Shown here in pieces: positions 1 to 13,325 of a DNA stretch of 64,000 nt. Numbering within the stretch: the first letter of the stretch is position 1; each line of letters opens with the position of its first letter. Source of the DNA: Haplodiscus bocki (lineage: Eukaryota); assembly GCA_965655095.1 (NCBI GenBank), contig OZ296653.1, forward strand, positions 25,358,001-25,422,000, read 5' to 3'. The position numbers were made by a program, and so were the translations under genes. Under the pieces are notes generated by a model that ran no database searches, was not told the DNA's origin, and saw only the letters and a program-made list of their open reading frames with translations.

Positions 1-867
1 TCTTATATTCCAGCATTTTAACACAGGCAGCAAATCTTTCTCCTATCCTCTCCAAATTGTAGATGCTTGCTTTTGTAAGCTCATTTCACTATATAGTTTG
101 TTGATTTAATTTATTTTTTAAATGTATGTTTAAATCTCAATTTGGAGAAATTAATCTATATCGTATTTTATTCCTATCTCTGCTGCTCCAATAAATTATC
201 CTGTTTCGCTCAATACCTCGTCAGTTCTTTTCAACTCGTGTGCAAATTTTCCGGGCACAATGATAAACACGGTCCCAAAATTGATCTGCATTTTCCAGGA
301 CCGGAAGAGTATCTATCGAGTGTGGAATGTGGAAGAAAACAAGCAAAATATTAGGGGTGAGTTCACCTGCATAAGCTAGGAAGCAGGTAGTAGTACATAC
401 AAGTACAACAAATTGTAAGAAGGAGAAAAGAAGACAAAGAAGTAGAGAAGCAATTAACTGCTTTTGTCGTCTTATTTCCCCTTTCAGTAATACACTCACC
501 TCACGTCACGTGATTCTTCTTCTTTCCCGTAATTATTATCCCCTCCTTCCTGCAATTCCCTACATTGTCCATCTATTCACACTACACAACGACAGTACTA
601 CTACAACAGGTAGTTGAAATACACATATTTTAGCTAGCAAGTACGGTCCAGTTAGCAACAGCGTCAACACGGACAGAGAAAGAGGAACCGCAAAACCAAC
701 CCCAAAGACATTCCCACATTTGTCGCAGCTGGGATAAAGCTACAATTTCGTTTCAATATTAACAAGCTCCACTACACTTTCGCACTTGATTACAGACTAC
801 TTACATAGTTATTTACCAAATTGAGTCCAAAAAAATTTTAAGTTGCAAAAAAGTAACTGTTGACAAT

Positions 868-1998
868 ATGCAGCCTGCTCGAATACCATTAGAAACCTTT
901 GACTCATATCTGCTAAACTTGGATGAAAAGTCCTTGTTCCTGATCATCTATACATTCTTCCTGGCCATTTCTGAACTGTTTTCCGGTTTCACTCTTTCGG
1001 CTCATTTAGACCCCGGACCTTTTGAGGAGTCCTCCTGTAATAGCAATTATCAAAGACGACGCAAAACTCATCCTTTGAAAGTTTACCTCTTTTATTGCAT
1101 TTTATTAATTGTAAGAGCACTTGCGACCATTTATATGGTGCCTGGTAATTATATTGCAATATTAGCGACACTTGTCCCTCCGTCTACATTACACAAATTC
1201 ACATCTGTACAAGCCAAAATTGTGTCACAACACTCCCGAGAAGTATTCCACTTGCTAGTTAATATCGGAACTTCAATACTTGCAATTGGGTTAATAAACC
1301 TAGTTATGATATACTTCCATTTGCAAACCGATGGCTACCCGCTGAAAATAGACCGACTTTACGTTAACTCCTTTCTAGTTTCGCTTTTTCTGCTCAAACT
1401 CATCGGCTATCTTTTCAACAAGATCATTTTCTGGATATCTGACTTCGTTATGGATCATCAAAGGAAAACAAATTTCCTCCTTTGGGTTGCTTTAACTGGC
1501 GCACAAATTTTCTACCTTGTTCGCGACCACCAAACACAGCCCCTTCAAAACTTTATTTACGAGTCTGCTTTTCAAAATCATCTGATAGACTTAAGCAAAT
1601 TTATGATGATTACAACTTTACTTATACCTTTCGTTTTCATTACATTAGCCAAACTTTCTCCAAGGCTTGCACAACCTGTTACATTGCAATTTCTGTGTCC
1701 AGAAATGACTATTTTGTTTGGGCTTCTTTCCTGGTCTTCCGAAAGTGAAATGATAAAGTTGTCGACAATCACTTCTTTGATACTAACAGTATTTCAGTTG
1801 ATACTGGTCGGAGTAATCAAATTCCTCGTCAAAATATGCAAACAACATGAAGTGAAGTTTACCGGTCTGCCGAAACGTGGAAAAACTTATGACGTAAGAG
1901 CCAGCGCGGAAAAGTTTATGGCCAGAAGAGATCATGCGAATAATAACAATTCGGGTGTTGTGACGTTGCAAATAACACCAATCTCTAATGTGCACTGA
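868..1998 (+). CDS. Intronless 376-aa multi-pass membrane protein of unknown family, nested antisense in a HERC2 intron
   Basis: Open ATG-TGA frame of 1131 nt with about 8 hydrophobic stretches (e.g. SLFLIIYTFFLAISELF, ILAIGLINLVMIYF, FMMITTLLIPFVFITL, LILTVFQLILVGVI) and a basic cytosolic tail. No motif recognised. Confidence 0.55.
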   Translation: MQPARIPLETFDSYLLNLDEKSLFLIIYTFFLAISELFSGFTLSAHLDPGPFEESSCNSNYQRRRKTHPLKVYLFYCILLIVRALATIYMVPGNYIAILATLVPPSTLHKFTSVQAKIVSQHSREVFHLLVNIGTSILAIGLINLVMIYFHLQTDGYPLKIDRLYVNSFLVSLFLLKLIGYLFNKIIFWISDFVMDHQRKTNFLLWVALTGAQIFYLVRDHQTQPLQNFIYESAFQNHLIDLSKFMMITTLLIPFVFITLAKLSPRLAQPVTLQFLCPEMTILFGLLSWSSESEMIKLSTITSLILTVFQLILVGVIKFLVKICKQHEVKFTGLPKRGKTYDVRASAEKFMARRDHANNNNSGVVTLQITPISNVH

Positions 1999-3377
1999 TT
2001 ACACAACCAAGTCGACCAACGGAGGAAAAGTTTTTGCCAAAGAAAAAGATGACACCAAAAGAAACTACCTTTTAACAGAAAATGAAAGTTTTTTTAATGA
2101 TTATTCAGGTAACCAAAATAATTTCATTTATAGAAGTATAGTTTTATCTTTCTAAAATAGTACACGTTTTTACTAGATATATACTGTTTTATATTTATTT
2201 TAACCAATAAATTTGCAATTTGAAGCCACAACAATGAAATCCCTAGTGACAAATTGGAAGAGACCGGTTCAAAACTTGCGAAATTGGATGAAGCCGTTAA
2301 AGTGATTTGAGAAATCCAAATTGGGAAACAAAGATGCCTGTGTTTTGTCTATTGGATAATACCTAGAAAAAGGATAACTATATTAGGACTTTAAAAAGGC
2401 TCTAACAACACTGAAGCAGCCTAAGCTTCCGACGCCCTTAAGGCTTAAAAAATTATGGAGGAGCTTTGTCTTATGAAAAAAAGGAAAAGAAAACAAAGTG
2501 ACAAAGGCGAGATGGCGTTTTCGGTCGATAAAAGTTTGCCTTCAAAAGTGTATGACTGGATTCTTTGATACTTTATGTAGTGCCTGTGAAACTCATTAGC
2601 TAAAAATATTGATTCTTTTTTCTAGAAAAAGTTCGGTATATGCAAAGGGAGGGACTTTTCTTAAAACATAAGCATCAAAGATGCTAGACATTAAATTAAG
2701 CGCTGACTTTAGAATAGTGAAAAAAATGAAAAAGCGAATTTATCACACCAATTTGAAAAAAGTAGCACGCCAATTATGAATTACACCAATTCAGCAAAAA
2801 TTTTCTTTGTGTCGGACATTCAAAACGTCAGATAATTTCGGAGCGGTTTGAAATTCGAAAATCTCCGACGATTTGAATAGTTAGCAATTCTTCGGCGCGA
2901 TATATTATCACGATTCTAAAAAACCGGGGAAAAAGATGTGAAATGAATTGGCAAATTTGAGAATATTTGAGCCAATTACTTGTACATGATTCATGTGCTT
3001 GAAATAGTAGAGTAAATAGCCAAAAGTGGAGTCCGCTCTACCTTGGGGAAGCAAAAGAGTAAACAAGAACGAATGAAAGTACATAAGATGTGCTTCACTT
3101 TATCGTTCAGTCTCGCTCAATCGGCCAGTCACGTCAGCGTTAGCGAATCAAAAAAGTAAAATCTACAGGCATTAAGCCAAGCTTCATGCCTACTGAATTA
3201 GACTCATGGTTCAAATTTTTATTACAAAAAAATCGTGCAAGTGCTCGTGGCCTGCTTCCCTTAATCATAAACCTTAATAAAAAATGACTTCCTGAGCAAC
3301 TAGGCAGTGGACAAAACATGGTTATACCCAGCTCGTTTATTCAAAATATTCGACTAAAAATTATCTTTGATTTTATT

Positions 3378-3905
3378 ATTTTCCGCCTCCATATTTTATA
3401 TATGCAAAGGAAAATTACTCAATAGCTAGTGTCGTTTTTTTTCACACATATTTTGCCAATTTTGAATTTGTTCACTTCTAATGCGAATTTGTTCTCACTT
3501 CTTGCTACAAAATTGAAATAATACTTTATACTACAACCGTATAATTTCAGAACTGCAAAGAAATCGAGTCTTGATAATTTCCACCCAAAATTTCATATTT
3601 GGAAAGAAAATCATTCTTTCAACATTCAGGTTTGTTTTAGATCAGATTTGCCAATTGCACGAGGAATTAAAAGTGTGCCTGTACATAGTTTTTATTTTAC
3701 CATTTTAACCACATTTGCCTAAAATGCGTCTAGCATAGTGGTCTTTCTCAAAAAAAGTTTTTGTTGCAAAAATTTAGGTTCTCTGGCAAAAAATAAAAAT
3801 CGATTTTCAATTCAATTTTGGACAGTTTCTAGTTCGAGTTACGGCATTTTAACGTTTCTTCCGTAATTTGGAAGGCGGAAAATATCTCAGAGTTAGCCGC
3901 TCGTT
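3378..3905 (+). mobile_element. DINE-1/HINE-like non-autonomous Helentron, copy A
   Basis: Subterminal inverted motif ATTTTCCGCC (3378) ... GGCGGAAAAT (3874), a short 5' inverted repeat and a degenerate GC-rich 3' end. The same layout recurs four more times in the window. Confidence 0.5.
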
Positions 3906-5059
3906 TCGTTGTTTATTCGCTAAAGGGCTGCTCTAAGGCGACAGTATGAAATAAGAGCAATTGAAAAACGCACAAACGGTTCATAAAACCTCGAGTCATC
4001 ATAAAGCCAATGCAGAGTATACTCAATATGTCGAAGAACTTATCGCAATAAGTGATCAATACAAAAAGGCGTTTTGTTCTAAAAACAAGTCCGGAACTTC
4101 CAAGTTGGCGTTGCACCAAAGGCTCAAAATATGAAAGCGGTTGTCAAATTTTGGAATATTTCCTTGAAGTAGTTTTGGAAAAAATGGTAAATTGGTACAA
4201 GCAAAAATTTATATTAGGGTTGGTTTAAGCACGGCTAGAGGCGTGTCACAAACGTTAAGGCGTCTAGAATTTTTTAGCTTAATAGAAATTTGTAATTAGC
4301 AGCGTCCCGGACTACTAACCTATATGCCTTAAAAGTCAATTATTCTACCCTCTAAACTACCACAGCACGTTGGTGATATTTTTGAATTTTACTGAAATCA
4401 AAAGGTCTAATTTGGACACTTTTAAAACAGCGTTTGGACAAAAAAGACTGTTTTAATAAGCTGATCTTGAAAAAATATATTATTCACAATGGTTTTTCAG
4501 ACCCCCCCCCCCCCCAAACGGATTACACAATCAGCCGAATTATCCGGATACGAGTCAATTTAAACGATTGGTACTCAAATCGAATGCCATTTGTTTTGAT
4601 CAAATACCAAATCAATTTTCAACAATTGTTCAAACTTAAAACAAAATAGCACAATGGTTACAAAAACTAAACAAGACAACATGTTTTGATAGTAGCACTA
4701 TCATCTTCATGTCTAAAAAGTATAATCTAAAAAACAACACTTAAATCACGGAAGGAAACACATGGGTTAGTTGAATGTTTATACAACAAGTGCCATTAAC
4801 AAGCTGAGAACAGCTCAAAGTCGGCCCTGACGATATGTCGGGCGGGAAACTTTGAGTAAACCATAAAGGGGTATCACAAAAAAATTCAATTTTTTTGTTT
4901 CATAGTACCGAAAATTTCGCAGATGGGACCATTTGGTGTTTTTGAAAGTTTCTGATACGGACTTTATACATAAGGGTTATTTGCATTTTTTGTCTCAGCA
5001 TCAACAATTTTTGTATAAGGCACCTTTTGGTGTTTGTGAGTACTTGCCAGTGCTTGTTA

Positions 5060-5420
5060 TAGACTGTACTAGCATGCTTTAAAATAATATGCTTTTTTAC
5101 ATCAGACTTTCCAGAGCACTCTTTGAAATGATGACCGACAGGTGTCAACGGCATTGAGTGTTATTTACATCAGGAGGTTGTCAAATGACTCTGTCTAGCC
5201 AACATACTGGGCTGAACGCCCATGACAAGTGATTTCATAGATCACATGAGACTTGAGATCAGTTGGAACGCGACATTTTGGGCTCAGTAAATCCATAACT
5301 TTCGAGCAGTGACGACCACATTTAGATTTGCTGTCAACAGATTTCATTTTTTCCTCAACCAATCCGAGTTTCGCACTCCGTATTGCATGAAAAATGTTGC
5401 ATGAGTCCTTGCTTTTGCTG
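5060..5420 (-). mobile_element. Penelope-like retroelement remnant (GIY-YIG endonuclease region)
   Basis: Minus strand reads LLSPKCRVPTDLKSHVIYEITCHGRSAQYVG*T...PVGHHFKEC, matching the PLE GIY-YIG pattern VIYxIxCxxCxxxYVGQT. Contains stops and frameshifts. Confidence 0.7.
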
Positions 5421-5479
5421 CTTATTAGTCAGGGCTACAATCTTTCAAACAATTTTTAAAATTTGATATAAATACTAAC

Positions 5480-8400
5480 CAAGTCCAAACTTCCCCTTTG
5501 TCGTTGAGCGCCATTGAAAACTGTGCTCCACACCCTATCTGTACAACTCCGGTATTTGTGAGTGAGACCAACAAATGGGGAGTAAGATAAGCAGCCGAGT
5601 CTCCATGTCCCAACTTCCCGAAATCTCCGTCTCCCCACGTAAAAACCCTCCCATCTTCAGTCAACGCCATCATTTGAGCGTCTCGACTTCCACACGCAAT
5701 CTGAGCCACTCTACAAAACTCCAAAGTCTTCACTTTTTTGGGTTTCAATTGAGCCTGGGTATCACCGTGCCCAAGTCTTCCATAATCCCCTAATCCCCAT
5801 GTATAGAGCGCACCTTGACTGTTGATTGCAGCGCTATGTCCAGTACCACAGCAGATTTCTTTTATTCGTTCGCCCCAGAAGGCTTCAATCATTTTAGGAG
5901 TATCACTCGACACTCTATTGTTCTGACCTAACTTGCCATCGGTGTTATCTCCCCAAGAAAATACTTTACCATCACTGGTCAATGCTAAACAATGTTTTCC
6001 ACCAGAGCAAACAGCCACTCTCTTGATGACGTAGTTTGTGAGTGACGTGATAAGGCGAGGAGTGGTAACCATTTGAGGCAATGCCATGTCTCCAATTCCT
6101 AAACGTCCATTCGATGAATCCCCGCATGAGTAAACTTTACCGTCTGTAGTTACAATGAACAAACTTTTGGATCCTCCAGTGATGCTGGCAACATCCAGTC
6201 TGCTAATCGCTGCATTAAACGACGGATATTTCACTTTTAGTTCTCCTTTTACACCAAGCTGTCCTTTATCGTTCAAACCCCAGGTATAAACGGTGCATTT
6301 GAAATCTTCTCCGCTGTCTACTTTAGCGTCAGACGTAAAAACATCTTCTGAATGAAAGGTATCGGGAGCTAAGTATGGGTATGATGATATCTGCTGACGG
6401 GTTTGTACACGACCAATAATGTTAACTCGGCAAATTCGACAGTCCATTCCGTTATTCGAACATTCAGTGATAGATATCCGGATGTAACGATAGTACTGTG
6501 CCAAATCTGCGAGCAAGAGAACTTCGTTGCCATCCGTTGGAGCAATGTGAACGGATCTCGCTTTTTGCAAGTGACTACCATGCCCCGATTCGTTTCCCAC
6601 ACTCACGACAATAGTTTGGGGTCTGTAACTTGAACCCGCATCTGAGTCACACTCTATTGATAATCGGTGAAGCAGAATATTTGGTTTCAACTCAACCAGA
6701 ATCCAGTGATCACCTTGTTTCCCAGAACTCTGCCAACACAATTTATTGTTCGGGGAAAACATGTTCATAGCGCATTCCGGTTTGCTACTTACTTTAAGAC
6801 ACCTGATAATTTGTTTCCACTCAGTGAGTAGCCCAGAACCAGAATTGGTAGCTGGATTCTTTTTTTGCCGAGTAGCATTGTTTTGAACTACGATTCCCTT
6901 CGGTTGCTTCATTGAACAACTTACAGAATTTGAAGAATCCGGAAGAGCGGAATCTTGGCTGGCAGAATTTTGTTGCTGTCTTGTATGGCACGAGCATTGT
7001 GCGCAAGGAAGTCTCAGAGGTTCCAATAAAGGTATTGCAATTGCTCCTGGCTTCGACTGTCTCTGAATTGACTGAGAGCAACACAGACAAGAGTTCCCCG
7101 GTAGCTCAGAGGTGAACTTATTTTGGCTTGTCAATTTGGAGTCTGATACGATATCAAGTTCAGACAAAAGCGCATTCCAGCTACTTTGTTCAGGAAAATC
7201 AACAATGGCATTTCCTCTTTTATTAAAACCAACCACAGTTCCGACTGATTGATGGGTTACCGATCCCCATTTGTACCTGGGCTGTTCAACTGAAGATTTA
7301 ACTCTCACGCAATCGCCTTGCTTTATTTCCCTTTGGACCAACTCAACCATGTTGCCACTAGCTATATCAGTCGCCAAATTCAGTTCCACGTTTTCGAGCA
7401 TCGCCTCAGACGTGTTGACTCTTCTTTCTGGCGACTCGCTTTGCTCAGAACTAGTCTGGAAACCCAGAAGTTCGACATGGATGTACCGCACCCAATACGT
7501 TCCACCCTTTTCTTTCCAGTCTACTTGAACGTTTAATTCATGCAGCCCGTCGCGATCTAACTTCACAGCTGTTCCTGTATCTCCTTCGTGAACTTCTTCA
7601 AACGATTTGCAACATTTAACTTTCATTCCCACTCGGATGTTATCACGAACATACATTGCGTAATCTCCATTAGTCACGAAATCTTGTCTTGTTTTGAAAA
7701 ACGATTCTTCTTTTGGAGTTTCATTTTCGTGAGAGGGTGCATCAGTCAAAAGACTTCTTTCGGAAGCTTCCTCTCTCATCGTTGAATCATCAATATCCAC
7801 AATGGCTGCTCTCATTTCACAGCTTTCTCCTCTGGCATTGTTAGGCGAAACATCTCTGGCAGTTCCAACTATCAGAGTTTCATCAGCGCTTGCATCATTG
7901 CATCCACTGCTTGCAATGCCAGTTTCAGCGGCTCCATCTACCATTGCGTCTGTGGAAACATTCAAAGACCTGATTCGAAACGATTCTCGCAGTTCTTCAA
8001 ATATTTCCGTCAAATTTGAGGTTTGTTGAATTGTTGCGCTCAATCGTTCCATTAAACTATCGACTTCTTCTTCTGTTCCGCTGAAACTGTTCTCGGTTTC
8101 GTCGGGCAATGAATCGAAATCAGCTCCAGACGCGTCGGCAGGGTCCGGAACATGATCAACTAACCAGCTCACAACTGCTTCAATTTGGGGTCTGTAACCT
8201 TCAATGCTACTCGCTAATGTTAGCTTTTGTATCGCATGCTCAATGTGTTTTCGTTGGAAACCCATTTCCATGATTTGCGAAACAAAAGGATTCGGGGCCC
8301 CTTGAATTTCTTCTGCCGGAATCTGAGTCACTGTTTTACATCGACGGCTTGACCGGCCTGTCTTCATGGTGGCTGATCTTGATGAAGACGATGGTGGCTG

Positions 8401-10672
8401 CACGTCATTAGAATAATGATACGAAGACAGCCAAACACCCGAAGAACTGTCTTCGCCTCCACTGCTATCAATCGAACGCTCTCCGTTGACGTTAGAATCT
8501 AGTGCATTGAAATAATTTTCCATACTATCTATTTCTGAACTGGCCCAACTGGCAAGGGAAACCTCTTGCCTTTCATCTTGTTTCGGCGATGTTTTGGAAC
8601 CGCTTGTACTTGACAAATACCCCATGTCCACGGGCGAGATTAAAGTATAGTTTGTCAAAGTGATGGCATTTTGGACTTCGTTTACATGATACATTTGTTT
8701 CAGAGGAGATGCATTTGTAGCAACTTGAAGCACAGTTTTGAAGTCGACACAGTTTTGGTCTAAGCGACCTTTAACGACTTCTGAGGCAGTAAAACACAAC
8801 TTTTTCAACTCTTCGAGTATTTCAGCTTTCATTTCGACACATAGAACTCGGCGAAACAATCTTTGGTCCTTTGCGACCAGCCTAACCATTTTCAAAATCG
8901 ATGCTTGGATCTGCGTGAAGTAAACTTCACACCGGCTGACAAAACCATCGTTGTTGAAAATTTCTGCAAACGAGCAGATTTTGGAGGCAACACTAAATGT
9001 AAGTAATTTATTCAAAAGTACCAAGGATATTTCGTCATTGAACAGTTTAGACATGTCCACAGCTTTGGCCACTTTTATAATATCTTCAGATAGGCATTTG
9101 GCAACTTTTCGATCAGCAACGGATCTCACTTTGTACCCGTCGGATTCAACAGCTATGATTACGCAATCGCTCCACCTGCAGTGTGAAACTAACGAGCCAA
9201 CTTGGGGTCGAAAGTCGACTTCTCCGATGATAATATATAAACAGGCTAACACTTCCAACATCTCCGACTCCTCAATATCTTCGAGCCCTGATCTCAAACT
9301 AACCGAGGACTCTCTCCGAAGCACATCATGCTTGCTTTCTTCTCTCGAGCACGTGGGGGTCTCGCCAATGGTGATAGCAGCTTTAGCAAAATAGGCCAAC
9401 GCTTTTCTCAGGGCATCTTGGATTTTATTGGCAACGACAGGATAAACTTGCGGGCAATCATTGTGAGTTTCCACAAGTAATTTCACGATTTGATCAGCTA
9501 TAGAGGTTTTCGAGGTTGCCGAATCACTTGGGCGAATGCTTGACAATGAAGAACTAGTTTGGAATCCTTTCAGTGCGTTTTCTTCAGGGATCTCTGCAAT
9601 GGTTTGAGCCAAAATTGAAAGAAGCTGTTCTATAACCACGTTAGAAGGTGTAACGTTTATAGTTCCGACTTCTAAAGCTGATTTAATTCCAATAGCATGC
9701 TCATGTTGGTCCAAGAGACCTCTAATTATCCGTAACATAACAATTCTATTTTTCACACTACCTATTTCATGCTTCATTAGACGAAGTAAAATGGGGACCG
9801 CTCGGACACCAAATGACTTCTGGACTGTACATTTCCATTTGAATAAAATGTACAGCAATATTAGAGAATGAAATCCAGCACTTCTTCTAGCTTCACTTTT
9901 TGTAGACTGAACTCCGTCGACTGTTTTCAGAAGTAGATTCAAAACATTGCGAATATTAGCTTCGCATTGATTATCAATGGTGCCAATAAGTTTCAAACAA
10001 AGCGAACATTCCATTTGCTCCAAACAATCCAAAAAATTGCCGATCAAAAAATTTGACATATTTTCTTCAATTGGACTGTCTTCAACATTACTAGGTCTTC
10101 CCACTTCATCGCCAATATTTTTTGTTCCATTTTGACTCTCACAGACTTTTGCCCAATACTCTGGAGTGAGGGTTAGGTCATACAGACCTTCCTTGCCCAT
10201 TCTGTAAGAATTAGATTCCATGTGACTGCTGGCGGCTGCTTCAGGCGGTCCCCAACATACTTTGGCCCATCCAGTGGAACTGACCTTTTCCACTACAGTT
10301 CCTTCTCTATAAGGTTGGTCCTGGTCTTCCCATTTCCAATCTTTCCCGCGTTTGACCCGGGCACCTGGCACTATGTACTTCAAAAGTTCCTGCCCTTGCG
10401 GCAGTTCACTTGGGTTCACAATTTGCTTCTCTTCCCAACAACTATCTTTTAGTCTTCGATCAATTTGGTTTTGGCTTTTACTGAAGTAAATTTCATCTTT
10501 ATCGGTATCCAACGATTTATTTTGTATAAGTGGTAACTGTGATGATGAAAGAGCGTTGGTGAATATTGGTCTGAGGCTACGCAGAACGCTGATCATTCCC
10601 AGTTCCAGAAGATTTGCCGACGTGTCACTCTTGTTCAGGTCGCACAAGATGTCTAACAACTGGAAGATTGGC
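5480..10672 (-). CDS. HERC2: HERC2 large exon: MIB/HERC2, UBA-like, CPH, SH3-like repeat, degenerate ZZ, DOC/APC10 and RCC1-like domain 2
   Basis: Motifs: [17 protein letters not shown]...[13 protein letters not shown] (MIB/HERC2); [13 protein letters not shown] (UBA-like); [19 protein letters not shown]...[10 protein letters not shown] (CPH); [17 protein letters not shown]; [12 protein letters not shown] (DOC); [49 protein letters not shown] (RLD2). Acceptor ttttag|G at 10672 is in phase with the upstream exon; donor TG|gttagt at 5480. Confidence 0.93.
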
Positions 10673-10704
10673 CTAAAACAATTAGTGACGTAGATACAGT
10701 ACTT

Positions 10705-10737
10705 ACGACACACGACACACACAACGAACAACACACA

Positions 10738-10766
<29 letters not shown>
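10705..10766. repeat. (CA)n microsatellite, imperfect
   Basis: Direct observation. It produces the spurious MCVCVC start of the ORF track. Confidence 0.9.
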
Positions 10767-10768
<2 letters not shown>

Positions 10769-11076
10769 AAAGAATGAACAATCTACTCAATTATGTTTAC
10801 GGTGTTTCATGAAATAAAATGCCCGTCAATAACTGGCTTCTTTTTTAAAGATAACTGCACCACCAGTTATAGCAAATTTACCCAAATTTCATACAAAGTT
10901 GAAACAATTCTACGTGGCAAGTTGGAAGGACAAAAGGGTTCAGAATATGGAGGTTGAAGGTTGGAGTTCCAGTGATAACTACATTTTTTCCAACGTTTTC
11001 AACATTATGCATTCTAGCTTTCCACTTTTGAAAAAAAAAGATGGAGCTATTGGTCCATTTTTTTTTCGTGGTAACA

Positions 11077-11081
11077 CCCAC

Positions 11082-11112
<31 letters not shown>

Positions 11113-11123
11113 ACACACACACA
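11077..11123. repeat. poly-C plus (CA)n microsatellite
   Basis: Direct observation. Confidence 0.9.
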
Positions 11124-11389
11124 TCTTAAAAATCGACCTAAATCGTTCCAAAAAAACAGACCCCAAAATTTCGAGATACCCTGTAAAAATACACCCAAAA
11201 AGTTTCGACAAATGGCCACTTGAGACCAGCGGGCCACGCCGACTTTTGAGCTTTCCCAGCTTGTTGAAACTGTAGATGGCGAATTGCAACGACCACCAAA
11301 TAAACAACATTTACATATTTCTTTATTCATAAGAGAAATATATGCCACTTTAGTCATCTAAAAAGTGACATTGATCAGAACTTTCTTAC

Positions 11390-11856
11390 CTGGAATACTT
11401 GAGAGCGCAAAAATTCTGAACAATCTTTTCCTTGCCCTCACCAACTAAAAGCATTTGTCGTCTTTTGTAGAACAACACATCTTGCTCATACCCTGTGATC
11501 AATCCTTTCAGCTGATTCACCGCCGTTTCCATTAATCTGCGAATGAGAACTCCTTTGATGAGACTTTCAAGGGCTGGTTTTTTGTAATCAATCATCAACA
11601 GTTCACTCAGAGAACTGGCAGACAGACCACTCAAGAGGCAAGTGAGCCATGCAACTTTTCCATCATTTCCCAACTCTCCTTTTTTGCACAGGTACGTTGC
11701 CAGAAAATCTACCTTCTCCGCTCTGAAAACACAGGATGACATAGATTTCCTAGTCAAATCGAAATTGATGCACAGTGAAATACGAACGATTTTTTTCAAA
11801 AGAATTGATGATGATTCTTCTGCAAAGTCCCGGAAAACCCTACTAACAGCAAGATA
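11390..11856 (-). CDS. HERC2: HERC2 internal exon
   Basis: Open frame. Donor TCCAG|gtaag at 11390 (phase 2) fits the acceptor at 10672. Probable acceptor tgtttag|TAT at 11856. Confidence 0.7.
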
Positions 11857-12079
11857 CTAAACACAGAGGCGAAGCCAACGGATTACTAGTGAACAAATCG
11901 ACTAAATATAACTGATTTCTGAAGGGGCAACGATCCTACTAATACTCCTGATAACAAGTGTGCAGAAAATCAGTTAATTCTTCTACATTTATATACAAGT
12001 AAGAAACGCTATAATAGTTCATTCGCTTGATATTTCAAATAAAAATACTGATTCTCAAGCGACAATGGTACAGTCAATG

Positions 12080-12251
12080 GAGTAGTGGAATGCATCGAGA
12101 AAGGTCCCAGGTTAGCCTAGGACACTCCCTCTTATTGGTAAAAATCAAGGAACTTATGCGACTTGTGAATGGATCGGAAAAAAAAGATTTCAGAAGCCTG
12201 TGATATAACACTCGTTTGCGCAAATGTAAACACAGTCCAGAAAAAAAGTAA
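12080..12251 (-). CDS. HERC2: Possible small HERC2 exon (boundaries uncertain)
   Basis: Acceptor tttcag|T at 12251 is in phase with the donor at 14797 and opens the frame YFFSGLCL. No clear donor found. Confidence 0.3.
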
Positions 12252-12310
12252 CTGAAACAGACATCGTGTAACGTAGAGTCGAACGTAGGTAAGAATATGA
12301 TTCGCAATCG

Positions 12311-12716
12311 AAAGTTTGTGGATTTGTTACTTCCTCTCCTCCATGCTTCTGTTGCGCACAGTGTAGCTTAGTTGTCTGCAGGCTAGCCCCACACTCTAAA
12401 ACTCTTAGGCTGAACTCCCTAAGTCAGCGAGCGATTGACTGAGCTGAATATTCAAATACAGAAGCGAAACGGAACTTCGCAAACTCTTTCGGACCTGTCA
12501 CTTGAGGTCATGGATCCCGGAAGACATTTAAAGCCATGAAGGGAGCTGTGATTGACAATTTTAGAATTACTGCACCGGCTGCCAATCGAAAAATTGTTCA
12601 AAATGTAAAATTGAGAGAAATACCTGTCACAGTGCCTCACACCGAAGCATTTAATCTGTAAATCATGCTTTTCCAGGTTCCGCCATTTCACAGACCAATG
12701 TTTCGGAAATTTTCAC
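12311..12716 (+). repeat. Dispersed repeat; near-identical copy at 59513-59927
   Basis: About 410 bp shared. ORFs 12452..12691 and 59663..59902 translate almost identically. Confidence 0.85.
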
Positions 12717-12721
12717 ACAGA

Positions 12722-13128
12722 GAAAGTTTGTTCGAAAAGTCAAATTGAGACAAGTACCTGGCTCAGGGCTTCATACTCAAAAATTTGATATGTCAATCAT
12801 GTCTTTACAGGTTACGCCATTATGCTACCCAATGCTTTAGAAGTTTGCACAGAGAAAAACACAAAAATGAACAAGCAACTGCCACACTGTCTAATAGAAA
12901 ATTGATTAAAAATGCCAATTTCCTGCCCATTGTTTGAGTTCTCATAGTAAAAATACGCAAAAATGATCCAGTTCCTCCCAAAAAAGAACCGTTTTTGACC
13001 GTTTACACTACATGTCTAAGCTCTTTAATGACCTCACAAAATGCTACTTTTGAACAGGATAAAACAAACTAAGCAAAAGCCGGTTTAAATACACATTTTC
13101 CTTTTCAGTCAGAATGCGTAAAAAACCG
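12722..13128 (+). repeat. Dispersed repeat family; other copies at ~54872-55140 and ~55890-56185
   Basis: Shared blocks including aaatttgatatgtcaatcatgtcttt, ttacgccat and aactaagcaaaagccggttt. Confidence 0.7.
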
Positions 13129-13325
13129 ACAATGTATTTATTTGAATCATTGTGACAACAACTACTAAGCAAGACAGAAAGTTGCACTTTTCAGTGCGTT
13201 TGCCATATTTCTTTTTCCAGTACTTTTCCACAACATCTAAAGATTGACTCATTGGCGCAAAAATTCAGAAGAGATTCAGGGAAAATCGAGTTCGAAATTT
13301 AATTATACCAGTACTTCCTCAAATT

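Noticed and set aside
10673-10761. N-terminus MCVCVCVCC of the 1778-aa ORF
   Set aside because: It translates an intronic (CA)n repeat; the exon starts at the acceptor at 10672.
12452-12691. Duplicated 79-aa gene (also 59663..59902)
   Set aside because: Lies within a dispersed repeat; non-ATG start and no domain.
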